29,318 nucleotides of DNA, taken from the IMG/VR virus record IMGVR_UViG_3300005764_000064, positions 1 through 29,318 of that record. One strand, 5' to 3'. Positions 9,093 through 18,389 of this stretch are shown piece by piece. Both the position numbers and the translations under genes were made by a program. The notes below the pieces were generated by a model. That model ran no database searches and was not told the DNA's origin. It worked only from the letters and a program-made list of their open reading frames with translations. Source of the DNA: a virus. Its lineage: Duplodnaviria; Caudoviricetes. Each line of letters begins with the position of its first letter. The stretch's first letter is position 1.

Positions 9093-10726
9093 CCGCGCCT
9101 GACCGTGGTCAGCGGTCTGGCCTCGAACTCGATCTCGGCCAGCGTCGCGTCGTAGGAGGCGTAGATCTGGCTGATCCTGAGGCCGATCCCGAGCGCCCGC
9201 TTGCGAATCCAGACCGGACGGCGCTGCTCCTTCGAGGTGGCCGCGAGATTGCCCAGCGTGACGTAGTCACCGTCCGGCGTCAGCGCACCCTCGATCCGCA
9301 GCGTGGGTGGGTAGACGAGCGCCGAGTCCCAGTAGTGAACGAGAGCGCCATAGGTGCTGACGCCTGCCTTGAGCGCGTTGTAGTCGGCGAAGGTGCTCTT
9401 CACCTTGACATAGCTCGACTGCGTGATCGCCCGCAGGTCGTGCGTGACCCAGGTGTTGCGGAACTGCTTCAGGCCGGGAGAGCCGAGCTTGTAGAAGGGC
9501 GACTCGATCACCGGCTCGACCGCCGCCCCGTCCCCGTCCTGGGAGACGGCGGTGGGATCCCAGCAGTCCGCGACCATGCCCGCCCGCGGCGTGCCCGAGT
9601 GGGCGAAGAACAGCTCCTCGTGCCCGTCGGCATAGGACGTACCCGGACCCGACTGGCGCTCGGCGAACATACGGGCATGCAGGTTGCTGAACTCGAACCA
9701 CGTCCGGGTCTGGATGTCGCAGACTTGACAGGTGACGAAGCGCCCCGCGCTGTCGTGCACCACGACGATGTAGTTGCCCTGGTAGATCCCGGCACAGCAC
9801 GACCAGCCGCTGGAGAAGTTGAAGTCCGAGACCAGCTCCTGCCAGCGCTGGCTGATCCCTCCGGCCTGGGCTAGGTCGATAATCGTTGTGCCGTCGGTCT
9901 GGAAGACGCCCGCATTGTTGGCGAAGACCACCGTGTCCCGGTAGAAGACGCAGGAGCGCCCGTCCATCGTGCCGGTGGCGAAAGCATCGAGCTTCGACCA
10001 GTTGCCGCCCGGAGGCGGCGTGTCGCCGCTCAGGATCCAGAGCTGGCGGTAGCCGAAGACGAGGATCGTCGAGCGCAACGGGATGATCCGCAGGACTTCC
10101 TCGGGCATGTCGAAGAAGTCGTTGCCGGTCACCCAGGTGGCCTCGGGCTGGCCGACCACCGAGGCCCAGATCCGGTTGGCGTAACGCGTGCCCGAGATCG
10201 TGCCGTTGGCCAGCAGCAGCCAGTCACCGTAGGCCGCGCCGACGGAGGCGAGGGGGGGCGAACCGCCGAGCGCGGCCACGGTGTAGGGACCGCCAGCGGG
10301 TCCCGTGTACTTCTTGGGCGCTTGGGGCGTCCCGATCAAGCCCTGCAGGATCACCATCCCCTGCAGGTCGGCGAACCAGAAGGGCCGCTGGGTGATCGAG
10401 GTGAACCCGGTCGCACCGCCCGTGGCGAAGAAGCCGGTCGCCGTGTTCAGCGTGCGGTCGCCGAAGACCTTGCCATTGTCGGACACGATCATCAGGTGCG
10501 GATCGCCCGCGAGCGGGACCCAGGCCACCGCCGCCGCAGAAGTGCAGGCCGAGAGGGCGCTCAGGTCGGCGGTCGCATAGAGCCAGCCGCCACGCCGCCG
10601 CAGGGGCGAACCGAGCTGGGGGATCCAGTCGTACATCCGGTAGGCAGCCCCCAGCGGCAACTGGTCTCTGGCGGTGTCCGACTTGTAACCCAGGTCGAAG
10701 TTGCGTCCGGCCAGGGTGATCTGCAT
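9089..10726 (-). CDS. Tail nozzle / tail tubular protein B-like (P22 gp10/T7 gp12 class), 545 aa
   Basis: Start reassigned to ATG 10726 (TGATG overlap with adaptor); beta-propeller-like repeats, N-terminal LRRRGG and C-terminal beta-sandwich pattern; follows adaptor. Confidence 0.75.
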   Translation of the reverse strand: MQITLAGRNFDLGYKSDTARDQLPLGAAYRMYDWIPQLGSPLRRRGGWLYATADLSALSACTSAAAVAWVPLAGDPHLMIVSDNGKVFGDRTLNTATGFFATGGATGFTSITQRPFWFADLQGMVILQGLIGTPQAPKKYTGPAGGPYTVAALGGSPPLASVGAAYGDWLLLANGTISGTRYANRIWASVVGQPEATWVTGNDFFDMPEEVLRIIPLRSTILVFGYRQLWILSGDTPPPGGNWSKLDAFATGTMDGRSCVFYRDTVVFANNAGVFQTDGTTIIDLAQAGGISQRWQELVSDFNFSSGWSCCAGIYQGNYIVVVHDSAGRFVTCQVCDIQTRTWFEFSNLHARMFAERQSGPGTSYADGHEELFFAHSGTPRAGMVADCWDPTAVSQDGDGAAVEPVIESPFYKLGSPGLKQFRNTWVTHDLRAITQSSYVKVKSTFADYNALKAGVSTYGALVHYWDSALVYPPTLRIEGALTPDGDYVTLGNLAATSKEQRRPVWIRKRALGIGLRISQIYASYDATLAEIEFEARPLTTVRRG

Positions 10727-11424
10727 CAGCGCGTCGGGGTCGGATACACGTCGTTGCGGATCGGCACCTGGCGGGCGGTCGGGTAGCCGATCGTGGCCAC
10801 CGTCAGCTGGCGGTTGCCGAGCTTGTGCTTGCGCTTCGACATCAGCTGGCACTCCATCAGGAACTGCTGGAAGTACTGGGCCGGACCCATCGGCACCGTC
10901 TTCTCCACGTCCTCGGCCAGCTGCCAGAGGCAGTAGTACTCAAGACAGCGGTGCGGCTCGGGAATGCCGCCGCTGGCCGGGTTCGAGGGATCGTCGTCGT
11001 CGGTATCCATCGGGGTCGGCTTCAGCGTCGCCCAGAAGCGCAGCGTCTCGCCCGTGTCCGGCGTCGGGTTGACCGTGAGCAGGTTCCCTTCGACCGAGAG
11101 CGCCCGCCGCCAGCCCGCGTTCTGCAGGTTGGTGGACTGGCGGGCGATCATCTCGGCGGTGGTGATGAACTCCGGTGCGCCCTGGCCGAACGGCGTGGTG
11201 CCGCGGGTGTTATCGATCGCCAGGATCGTGGGATCGAGCCGGTACTCGGCGACCCCGGCCTGCAGGGGCACATCGACCAGCTGCACGTAGATGTGCGTCC
11301 TGAGCAAGACCTCGATCACGGCCTCGTTGAGCAAGGCAGCGATCAGGATGTAGTCCTCGCTGCCGCTCGTGTCGTCGAGCGAGGTCTTACGGGCGATCCG
11401 CTGGATCAGAGTGCCTCGGGTCAT
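10726..11424 (-). CDS. Head-tail adaptor / tail tubular protein A-like, 232 aa
   Basis: MTRGTLIQRI...LNEA...GVAEYRL...PTPD...IPEPH..LEYY pattern of podovirus adaptors; GAGGAGG SD. Confidence 0.75.
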   Translation of the reverse strand: MTRGTLIQRIARKTSLDDTSGSEDYILIAALLNEAVIEVLLRTHIYVQLVDVPLQAGVAEYRLDPTILAIDNTRGTTPFGQGAPEFITTAEMIARQSTNLQNAGWRRALSVEGNLLTVNPTPDTGETLRFWATLKPTPMDTDDDDPSNPASGGIPEPHRCLEYYCLWQLAEDVEKTVPMGPAQYFQQFLMECQLMSKRKHKLGNRQLTVATIGYPTARQVPIRNDVYPTPTR

Positions 11425-11433
11425 CGTCCTCCT

Positions 11434-12561
11434 CTACGGCCCTGGGAACGGCGAGTTGCTGGACTGGCCGCACATCGTCCGCCACTTCGCCCCGTCCCAG
11501 ACGAAACTCCAGACCATCACGTTGCCGTTGTTGGCCGTGACCGTGATCACGTTCGAGTAGTAGGAGTTGAAGTTGAAGTTGAGCAAGCCGCCACTGTTGT
11601 TCTTGATCACGAGATAGAAGACGGTCGTTGCTCCAGCTGGCAAGCCGGTAACGGTCGGCGGGTTGATCGTCAGCGTGCCCGCGCCACCCGAATTGACGTT
11701 GTAGACAAGGACCTGGCCATTGGCCAGGTCTGGCGTAAGCGTCGCGTTGGAGGCCACGTTGGCGCTCCACATCCCGATCAGCAGCGTCTTGTTCAGGTTG
11801 AGGATGCCCGGCGAAGCCCGATACATGGTGGTATCGGTGAAGTTGCCCGCGTTGGCATCGCCGAAGTAGAGGACGTTGCCGAACAAGCCCGCGCAGAGGT
11901 TGCCGTTCGACAGCTGGGCGAGCCAGGCCCAGGACGAGGTGTTGGGGATGGTCATGGTGGTCTGACCGATCGAGTTCAGTCCAGCCCCGGCAGTGAAGAT
12001 GCTGTCGGTCTTCAGGTTGCCCGGACTCAGGCGATAGAGGTTGGCGTCGGCAGCCGAGCCGAAGGTGATCTCGGCCCGACCGTTGTCGCGCAGCAAGATC
12101 CGGTTGGCACCGTTGGCCCGAGCACCGAAGTCGTAATCGGTAGCCAGGTAGCCCACCCCGCCTCGATACAGGTTGAGATCGGGGACTCCGCTACCCCCGC
12201 CCCAGGTGTGGCTGCCGTCGGTGTCGATCCCGAAACGATCGGCACTTTCACCCGTGGCATGGGCCGTAAAGGCTGGCGTCCCACCCGCCTTTACGACGCC
12301 GATCGAGCCGTTGGCGATCAACGACCCTGTCATGGTCTGGGTGCCGCTGTTGTTCAGGTCGAGGTAGCCCGCCAGCTTGGTCACGCTCGATCGCGCCCAA
12401 GCCGAGCCGTTCCAGACCGCAGCCTCGCCGTTGAGAATCCCGGCAGGAGGCTTGTTGATGTTGTTGTCCACATCGGTGGCCAGGTTCTGCATGTCCCGCG
12501 GCACATCGGCTGAGTCGGTCGCAGCCGGGTAGCGGAGCGCGAAGAGCGGCGTGGTCGGCAT
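11434..12561 (-). CDS. Tail fibre / minor tail protein, 375 aa
   Basis: N-terminal MPTTPLFALRYP...DVPRDMQNLATDVD anchor seen in high-GC phage fibres; G/N/T-rich with three DxNLYR-type repeats. Confidence 0.75.
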   Translation of the reverse strand: MPTTPLFALRYPAATDSADVPRDMQNLATDVDNNINKPPAGILNGEAAVWNGSAWARSSVTKLAGYLDLNNSGTQTMTGSLIANGSIGVVKAGGTPAFTAHATGESADRFGIDTDGSHTWGGGSGVPDLNLYRGGVGYLATDYDFGARANGANRILLRDNGRAEITFGSAADANLYRLSPGNLKTDSIFTAGAGLNSIGQTTMTIPNTSSWAWLAQLSNGNLCAGLFGNVLYFGDANAGNFTDTTMYRASPGILNLNKTLLIGMWSANVASNATLTPDLANGQVLVYNVNSGGAGTLTINPPTVTGLPAGATTVFYLVIKNNSGGLLNFNFNSYYSNVITVTANNGNVMVWSFVWDGAKWRTMCGQSSNSPFPGP

Positions 12562-12813
12562 CTAGACCTCCTCGGGCACCTTCGGCTCGACCTTCTTGCG
12601 GGCACGGCGCTGCTGGCGATTGCCGTTGCCGCCGCTGGCCTGCTCCTGCGCATTGCGCTGCCCGACTTCCTCCTGGGTGCGCTCGTAGAGCGAGAGCAGC
12701 TGTTCGGGCGTGTAACAGGCCACCGTCTGACCCACGACCTCGTCGATCACCCGGTCGCCGTCACGCACGGCCACCACCGTCTGGCAGACGATCTTGGTGA
12801 ACTCGAACTCCAT
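12562..12813 (-). CDS. Small protein, possible fibre assembly chaperone, 83 aa
   Basis: Start reassigned to ATG 12813 (TGATG overlap, GGAG upstream); MEFEFTKIVCQ...NRQQRRARKK...; lies directly after the S74 fibre. Confidence 0.65.
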   Translation of the reverse strand: MEFEFTKIVCQTVVAVRDGDRVIDEVVGQTVACYTPEQLLSLYERTQEEVGQRNAQEQASGGNGNRQQRRARKKVEPKVPEEV

Positions 12814-14363
12814 CAGGCTCCTTCCAGCGCCAGTAGGCGCTCGTTGAGATGCTGCACAGTCGCCGTGAGCGCGGCACACAGCTTGTACAGGCTCACGAAC
12901 TGCTCCGTCCCGTGTTCCTCGCCCTGCGGGCTGATGCCCTCCTCGACGATCTGCTCGGGCAGCTCGTCGGCCATCAGGCCGAGGTGGGACTCCTTGCCCC
13001 AGCCCTTGCGCCGGTAGGTGTAGACCGGAGCGGCAAGCATGGTCTCGGCGAGTTGCCTGTGCGTCGCAGCAGTGAGCTTCTGAATCGCACTCTTGTTGGC
13101 CCGGTCGGAGTTGACCTGGAAGGTCGCAGCCTGCAGTGTGCCGTAGCCGTTGGTGCCGTTCCAGATCACGATCGTGTTGACCCCGTTGCGATACCAGAGA
13201 GTGTCGTGCGCATTGCCGAGGCAGAGGATCGGCTGGCCACCACCGATGAAGTCGATGCTGGTCGTGACCTCCTTCGAGGTGCCTGTCCCGGTCTGCCATC
13301 CAGCGCTCGTGTTGAGCTGGTTCGAGGCTCCGCGATACAGGTTGGTGTCAGTACCGCCCGTCGAGGGTCCCCAGTAGAGAATGCCGCCGTAGCAGCCGAA
13401 GAACGCGCCGCCGCCGTTGAGCGTGCAGGCGAAGCACCAGGCGCTGGTGCTCGTCATGTTCATGTGCACGGTCGCCGTGTTGGCGGTCAAGGCACCGACG
13501 GTCACCCCGCCGCCGAAGAAGCTGACGCCGCCCGTGACATAGACGCCGTAAGTGGTCGCGGCGGCTGAGGTGCCGATCACATACAGCCCGTAGGCGGTGG
13601 TCACGCTCCCGCCCGTCCCGATAGCCGCCAGGCCGACCTCGATCCCGCGCCAATCGGTGATCGGCTGGGTGATCGTGCCGCCGTAGACACTGAGCATGCG
13701 GTAGTTGGTAATCGCGGGAGCGCTGTTCGCGCCATAGGAGGGCGAGATCTGCACCCCATAGAAGGTGCCCAGCGTGCGGGTGGCGAATGACAGCTGCGGG
13801 TTGAGATAGAGGCCGTAAATGATTCCAGTCACATTCCCGGTCAGATTGGCGTCCGAGAAGACCGGCGCGTAGTTCATCCCCAACTGGACATTGCTCAGCG
13901 ACCAGCCCGACGGTGCCCTGATCGTGGTGCCGTAATACAGCCCCTGAATCTGGGCGGTACCGACGGCGTTCCAGGTCGTGTCGCCGAGGATTAGATGAAA
14001 GGCGTTGGAGAGTGCAATGTTGCCGATCGACATCACCGCGCCCAGCGTCGTGTAGTTGGAGAATGCGAAGCGCTGGGCACCGTTGGCGGTCAGGACCAGC
14101 CCGGCGTTCGAGCTGTCGAAGGCCAGGGTGGTAGCCAGCGCCGGAGCTGCCGGGTTCTGCCAGGTGTGCAGGCCGTTGGAGTCGATCTGGAAGCGGTAGG
14201 CCGTATCTATCGTCTGCCCGGCGGAGAACACCCGCGCCGCAGAACTGCCGCAGACGTTGATCGCGCCAGCCGGATCGAGGTAGACACCCTTGTTGCCACC
14301 TCCACCGGCAGCCCCGGTGACACCGACACCGACTGCAAGGGAGGGGCCGACTGCAGTTGGCAT
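12813..14363 (-). CDS. Tail fibre/spike with C-terminal intramolecular chaperone (peptidase S74-type), 516 aa
   Basis: SDRANKSAI autocleavage motif, HLGLMADELPE, terminal coiled coil VQHLNERLLALE; beta-rich YGL/YGV repeats upstream. Confidence 0.88.
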   Translation of the reverse strand: MPTAVGPSLAVGVGVTGAAGGGGNKGVYLDPAGAINVCGSSAARVFSAGQTIDTAYRFQIDSNGLHTWQNPAAPALATTLAFDSSNAGLVLTANGAQRFAFSNYTTLGAVMSIGNIALSNAFHLILGDTTWNAVGTAQIQGLYYGTTIRAPSGWSLSNVQLGMNYAPVFSDANLTGNVTGIIYGLYLNPQLSFATRTLGTFYGVQISPSYGANSAPAITNYRMLSVYGGTITQPITDWRGIEVGLAAIGTGGSVTTAYGLYVIGTSAAATTYGVYVTGGVSFFGGGVTVGALTANTATVHMNMTSTSAWCFACTLNGGGAFFGCYGGILYWGPSTGGTDTNLYRGASNQLNTSAGWQTGTGTSKEVTTSIDFIGGGQPILCLGNAHDTLWYRNGVNTIVIWNGTNGYGTLQAATFQVNSDRANKSAIQKLTAATHRQLAETMLAAPVYTYRRKGWGKESHLGLMADELPEQIVEEGISPQGEEHGTEQFVSLYKLCAALTATVQHLNERLLALEGA

Positions 14364-15493
14364 CAGCCGACGATCGTGACCATCTTCGAGTTGGCCGAGG
14401 GAGCCACCGCGTAGGTGATCGTCACGTCACCGTTGGCCGCGATCGAGATGTCCGGCAGCTCCCAGTTGCCCGTGGTCGCATCGTGCACCTGCACGATCAG
14501 GCCGCGTGAGGCGCGGCACTGATGGGTGGCCTGGGTAATCGTCCAGCTGGTGGCCGAGGCGTGGGTCGAGGACGAGTAGTACTGCGCGTCCGTCGCGCCC
14601 GCAGCATTGGCAGCAGCGAACTTGACCCAGGTGATCGAGGTGGTGCCCAGCGTGCCGCCCTGGTCGGCGGTGCAGACCCAGCCGGTGTCGGCGTTGACCG
14701 TTCCGACTTCGACCCAGACGTAGGCCGATGGCACCTCCGTCCAGGCGTCCATGTCGGTGGCCCGCGTCCAGGTGCCGTTGGCACCCGTGCCCAGCGTGGT
14801 CACCGTGTAGATCCCGTTCTGGTTGGCGGTCGTCTGGTCCTTGACCAGGATGCGGTCGTTCGCAGCCAGTGTGATCCCGTCCAGCGTGTTCGGCGCTCCG
14901 CCCGCGAGCGTGGCGATGTTCGCCGTGGTTGCCACCCGCACCGAAGGCTTGGCGTCGAGGCCCTGCGACTGCAGGTCAACGTAGTTCTTGGTCGCGGCGT
15001 CCTGCGGGTTGGTCGGGTCGAGGACGCTGGTCAGCTTGTGCGAGTTGACGTTCACGTCCGCAGCAGCGACGGTGATCGCATCGAGTGAGCGGTTGCCAGG
15101 CATGGCCTGCTGGGCACCGGAGCCGAGCGTGCGGCGCGAGCCGGTACCGACGGCAGCGTCGGTTGCCAGGTTCAGCTTCGACTCGGTGATCGCGGCAGCG
15201 GCGTTCACGTCGGCGTCAACGATCACCCCGGCGGCGATCTGGGGCGAGGCCGCGGTACCGGCCAGGTCACCGGCCAGCTGCACGATGCCCTTGGCGCTCG
15301 TCGTTGCGTCCGAGGCGGCACCACCCGCAGCCGAGACCCAGGCCGTCCCGCTCCACCAGTAGAGCGTGTTGGCGACCGTGTCGAAGTAGAGCTGCCCCTT
15401 GACCGGCGAAGCCGGTGCGGCGCTCAGGTTGTGGATGACCGCGTTGCGGGCCTCCAGCTTGGCGAAGTCGAGATTGGAACCGAGAGTCGGCAT
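14363..15493 (-). CDS. Tail fibre-like structural protein, 376 aa
   Basis: DATTSAKGIVQLA fibre repeat, PTNPQDAATKNYVD, VRVATTANI, DRILVKDQT..QNGIY, WTRATD motifs. Confidence 0.85.
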   Translation of the reverse strand: MPTLGSNLDFAKLEARNAVIHNLSAAPASPVKGQLYFDTVANTLYWWSGTAWVSAAGGAASDATTSAKGIVQLAGDLAGTAASPQIAAGVIVDADVNAAAAITESKLNLATDAAVGTGSRRTLGSGAQQAMPGNRSLDAITVAAADVNVNSHKLTSVLDPTNPQDAATKNYVDLQSQGLDAKPSVRVATTANIATLAGGAPNTLDGITLAANDRILVKDQTTANQNGIYTVTTLGTGANGTWTRATDMDAWTEVPSAYVWVEVGTVNADTGWVCTADQGGTLGTTSITWVKFAAANAAGATDAQYYSSSTHASATSWTITQATHQCRASRGLIVQVHDATTGNWELPDISIAANGDVTITYAVAPSANSKMVTIVG

Positions 15494-15828
15494 CAGTTGA
15501 AGAACGCCCTCCCTGACGTGGCTGCCCCGAACTGGAGCGTGCAGTTGTTCAGGTCGATGTAATCGACATCCACCAGCAGCTCGTTACCGCCGGAATCGAC
15601 GACCGAGACCGCCGGGTTCTTGCCCAGATTGTGGGCCACACTCCAGCTGGCCGAGGCCGTGACCTGGGTGTAGACGAAAGTCTTGTCGCCGCTGCCGCCA
15701 CCGCCCGGCACCGTGTTGTCGAGCTGGATCAGCTCAGTCTCGACAGCGTTCAGGAACTGGCTATCGACAGGCGTCGATTCGTCCGGGTAGTCCTTGAAGC
15801 CGCCGGGATAGCGCTTGGTGTAGGTCAT
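15493..15828 (-). CDS. Small fibre-associated structural protein, 111 aa
   Basis: YTQ..AS.SW.V.HNLG..P.V.VVD motif typical of small phage fibre domains. Confidence 0.75.
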   Translation of the reverse strand: MTYTKRYPGGFKDYPDESTPVDSQFLNAVETELIQLDNTVPGGGGSGDKTFVYTQVTASASWSVAHNLGKNPAVSVVDSGGNELLVDVDYIDLNNCTLQFGAATSGRAFFN

Positions 15829-16103
15829 GCCGGGGCCAGCGGCAACGAGGCCGTCCCGGCGGCGCTCAGGCTGGCGCTCTGAGTCGGGGCGGAGGCGAGA
15901 GACAGAGTGCCCGCCACGGCTGTCGAGAGCGCCAGGGACGCCGTGGTGGCCTGCGGGACAGAGCTGGGCAGGAAGCCTTCGGGGTTGATCCCAACTCCCG
16001 GCACCTCGCCCGGATAGGACGGGTAGCCCGGCGCGAAGCCGGGGGTCAGCTCGTAGCCGGGACCGACGATGGTGGCTGGCGGTAATGGCCTACTGGTCGG
16101 CAT
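15825..16103 (-). CDS. Pro/Ala/Ser-rich hypothetical protein, 92 aa
   Basis: Overlaps both neighbours in operon fashion; low complexity. Confidence 0.6.
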   Translation of the reverse strand: MPTSRPLPPATIVGPGYELTPGFAPGYPSYPGEVPGVGINPEGFLPSSVPQATTASLALSTAVAGTLSLASAPTQSASLSAAGTASLPLAPA

Positions 16104-16560
16104 CGTCGATCGGGGTCGGCCCCAGCTCGCTCTCGCCCTCGTACTCGACGGCGATGTCCCGCAGTTGGCGGTCAGAGATCCGGTACTCGCAGCCCATCTC
16201 GGGCGGCGAGGTGCAGCGAAAGGGAAACGGCTCGTCCTGCGGCTCCATGCAGCGCAGGCAGATCAGCCCGGCTTTCATCGCCTCAAGCGTCTCCGGCAGC
16301 AGGATGATCCGAGCACCGCGGTGCACGCGCCCCTGGTGGACCTGCCAGATCCCCTCGGTGTCGTGCTCGACGAAGAACCTCGGCAGCGGGATCCGCGTAC
16401 CCGGCACCGTCGCCTGCTCGTTCATGTAGGCGGGGTCGGATTCGGGCCTTGTCTTGACGGGCAGCTCGGATTCGACCCTGTCCAGCGGCACGCCCTCGGT
16501 GAAGCCCTCGGCGATCAGGGGCGCGAGCTGGTCGCGCTTGACCTTGTCACGTCTCGACAA
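16090..16560 (-). CDS. Hypothetical protein with 4-Cys motif, ~156 aa
   Basis: CLRC-x12-C-x7-C; coding-like codon usage; start uncertain (TTG). Confidence 0.7.
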   Translation of the reverse strand: MSRRDKVKRDQLAPLIAEGFTEGVPLDRVESELPVKTRPESDPAYMNEQATVPGTRIPLPRFFVEHDTEGIWQVHQGRVHRGARIILLPETLEAMKAGLICLRCMEPQDEPFPFRCTSPPEMGCEYRISDRQLRDIAVEYEGESELGPTPIDDADQ

Positions 16561-17104
16561 CGATCTCCTCCTCGACTGCCTCGTCGCCCTGCTCCAGCAG
16601 CGTCATGGCCTCGACGATCTCGGGCCGGTTCTTGTTCTCCTCCTCGTAGCGGCGCACGATCGTGGGCGAGATCCCCATCGCCTGCTGCACGACCAGCACC
16701 TGCTCGGCATCGTCGCCGTCGTACTTGGGCCAGGGCCTGGGTGCGGCGGGCGTCTCGACGATGATGAACTGGCTCGGGTTCTGCTCCTGCAGGATGCGCA
16801 GCCGCTCGTCGATCTGGGCCTGCATCTCATCGCGCTCGTGCTCCGGGTAGCGAAGGCAGTAGACCTCGGTGTCGAAGACGCCGATCTTGCTCAGCGGGTT
16901 CACGCCCTCGGCAAGACCCGAGAAGGTGAAGCTCGACAGGGCCACCTCGATCTCGTGCTCCAGCAGGCCGGTGTTCTCGAAGTTGGCCATGACCTGCATC
17001 CCGACCGGAACCGCATGGGCGTAGCCGCGGGCGTCGGTGACGATCTGCTCCCTGGCATCGAAGACGTTGATCGAGTAGCGGGCGTGAGGGGAGATACAGC
17101 GCAT
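16547..17104 (-). CDS. Acidic hypothetical protein downstream of capsid, 185 aa
   Basis: CAGGAGG SD; C-terminal YEEENKNR..IV motif seen in small phage head-region proteins. Confidence 0.8.
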   Translation of the reverse strand: MRCISPHARYSINVFDAREQIVTDARGYAHAVPVGMQVMANFENTGLLEHEIEVALSSFTFSGLAEGVNPLSKIGVFDTEVYCLRYPEHERDEMQAQIDERLRILQEQNPSQFIIVETPAAPRPWPKYDGDDAEQVLVVQQAMGISPTIVRRYEEENKNRPEIVEAMTLLEQGDEAVEEEIVVET

Positions 17105-17106
17105 TG

Positions 17107-17121
17107 GACCCTCCTGGGGTC
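17107..17121 (-). promoter_or_regulatory. SD-containing stem-loop GACCC-CAGGA-GGGTC
   Basis: 5-bp perfect stem ending 2 nt before ATG 17104. Confidence 0.5.
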
Positions 17122-17138
17122 GAGATGGAAGAAGAGCA

Positions 17139-17217
17139 GGGGGCCGAGGCCATGCGTGGCGTCTGTGGACACTGCAGCTGGGGATCGGCCCCCCGGACCG
17201 GCGGGGTCTAGCCGGTC
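17139..17217 (-). terminator. Two stem-loops after capsid gene; probable terminator/attenuator
   Basis: GACCGGC/GCCGGTC (17196-17217) then GGGGGCCGA/TCGGCCCCC (17139-17193, 37-nt loop) followed by pyrimidine-rich TGCTCTTCTTCC; no canonical U-tract. Confidence 0.5.
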
Positions 17218-17228
17218 ACGCTTGTTGC

Positions 17229-18389
17229 CTAACCTGTAACGCCGGTGATGATTCCGTGCGACTGCTCGATCTGCACCATGCAGGACAGCTCGGACAGATA
17301 CTCCTCGTCGTAGCTGTCGCTGTCGTTGGCCTGCCGGTCGCGGAGCAGGGACGTGTCGCGCAGCTTGCGCAACTCGACGTTGTCCATGTCCACGAGGAAC
17401 GCCCAGCCGCCGTACTGCGAGTTGGCCGTGCTGAAGTCGTTCCAGTCGCGCTTGATCGTGACCGGCACCCGGAAGCCGTAGGCACCCGAGATGAAGCCAT
17501 CGACCTTGGCCCCCCAGAGGCGGGCGTCGGTCGTGACCGGCTGCCAGGCGTCCCGCAGGAAGCCCGACAACGCCATGCCCACGACGGGGCTGGCGAAGAG
17601 CACGACGTTCTGCGTGCCGTGCTGCAGCAGGTCCTTCATGTACAGGTCGAGGTTGGCCTTGGTCAGCGTGCCACCGGCAGCCTTGACGTTGGTGGTCACG
17701 AACTCGAACAGGCCACCCATGGTGCCGACCGGGTGCGTCCCGGTCGTGTCGAGGTTGCGGGCACCCCAGAAGAGGCCGTACTCGATCCCGCGCTTGTGCT
17801 CGGTGGCCTTCTTCTTCCGCTCCTTGTCCGGCTCCGGCCCGCCGTACAGCTTCGATGCCATCAGCGTCCGGGTGAACCCGTACGGATTTCGGAAGATCTG
17901 TGTATAGTTATACTGATTGACCCGGCGCAGCACCTTGCGGGTGCCGAGCGAGTCGCCCTGGGCCGCGGCGTTGCCGAGGATCAGGAGCTGGTCTGTGGCC
18001 GTATGCGCCGCGAAGGCGACCCGGCCCAGGTGGTTGCCGATCGTGAGCACGTCGCCCGCGACGGAGGTGACCCGGAACGCGACGCCGGTCTTGGCGTTGC
18101 GCACGATGTCGCCTGCACGGAAGTACGCGCCCTCTCCGGTGTTGACCGTGATGGTCGCACCGTCCGAGGCACCACCCGAGAGAACCGAGGACAGGCGGGG
18201 GAAAAGCTGGTCTTCCAGCCACTCGACCTTGGAGGCGTAGCAGCTCGACGACGAGGCCTGCATCAGCATCGTCGTGAACTGGGACACGTCCGGGTCGAGC
18301 ATCGGGATGACATCGCTCATGTCGATAACACGCTCGTTGCTCAGAATCGTGTTGTCGTCCACCTGCCCCGTCAGGGTCGTGAGAGCCAT
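17229..18389 (-). CDS. Major capsid protein (HK97 fold; SU10/DUF5309-like), 386 aa
   Basis: KVEWLED, NYTQIFR, EHKRGIEYGLFWG, TMGGL, E..C.V..EQSHGIITG motifs; AAGGAG SD; follows scaffold. Confidence 0.9.
   Translation of the reverse strand: MALTTLTGQVDDNTILSNERVIDMSDVIPMLDPDVSQFTTMLMQASSSSCYASKVEWLEDQLFPRLSSVLSGGASDGATITVNTGEGAYFRAGDIVRNAKTGVAFRVTSVAGDVLTIGNHLGRVAFAAHTATDQLLILGNAAAQGDSLGTRKVLRRVNQYNYTQIFRNPYGFTRTLMASKLYGGPEPDKERKKKATEHKRGIEYGLFWGARNLDTTGTHPVGTMGGLFEFVTTNVKAAGGTLTKANLDLYMKDLLQHGTQNVVLFASPVVGMALSGFLRDAWQPVTTDARLWGAKVDGFISGAYGFRVPVTIKRDWNDFSTANSQYGGWAFLVDMDNVELRKLRDTSLLRDRQANDSDSYDEEYLSELSCMVQIEQSHGIITGVTG

Noticed and set aside
11434-15493. Diversity-generating retroelement or invertible shufflon acting on fibres
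   Set aside because: No reverse transcriptase, no near-identical TR/VR pair, and no inverted fibre-tip cassettes in the window
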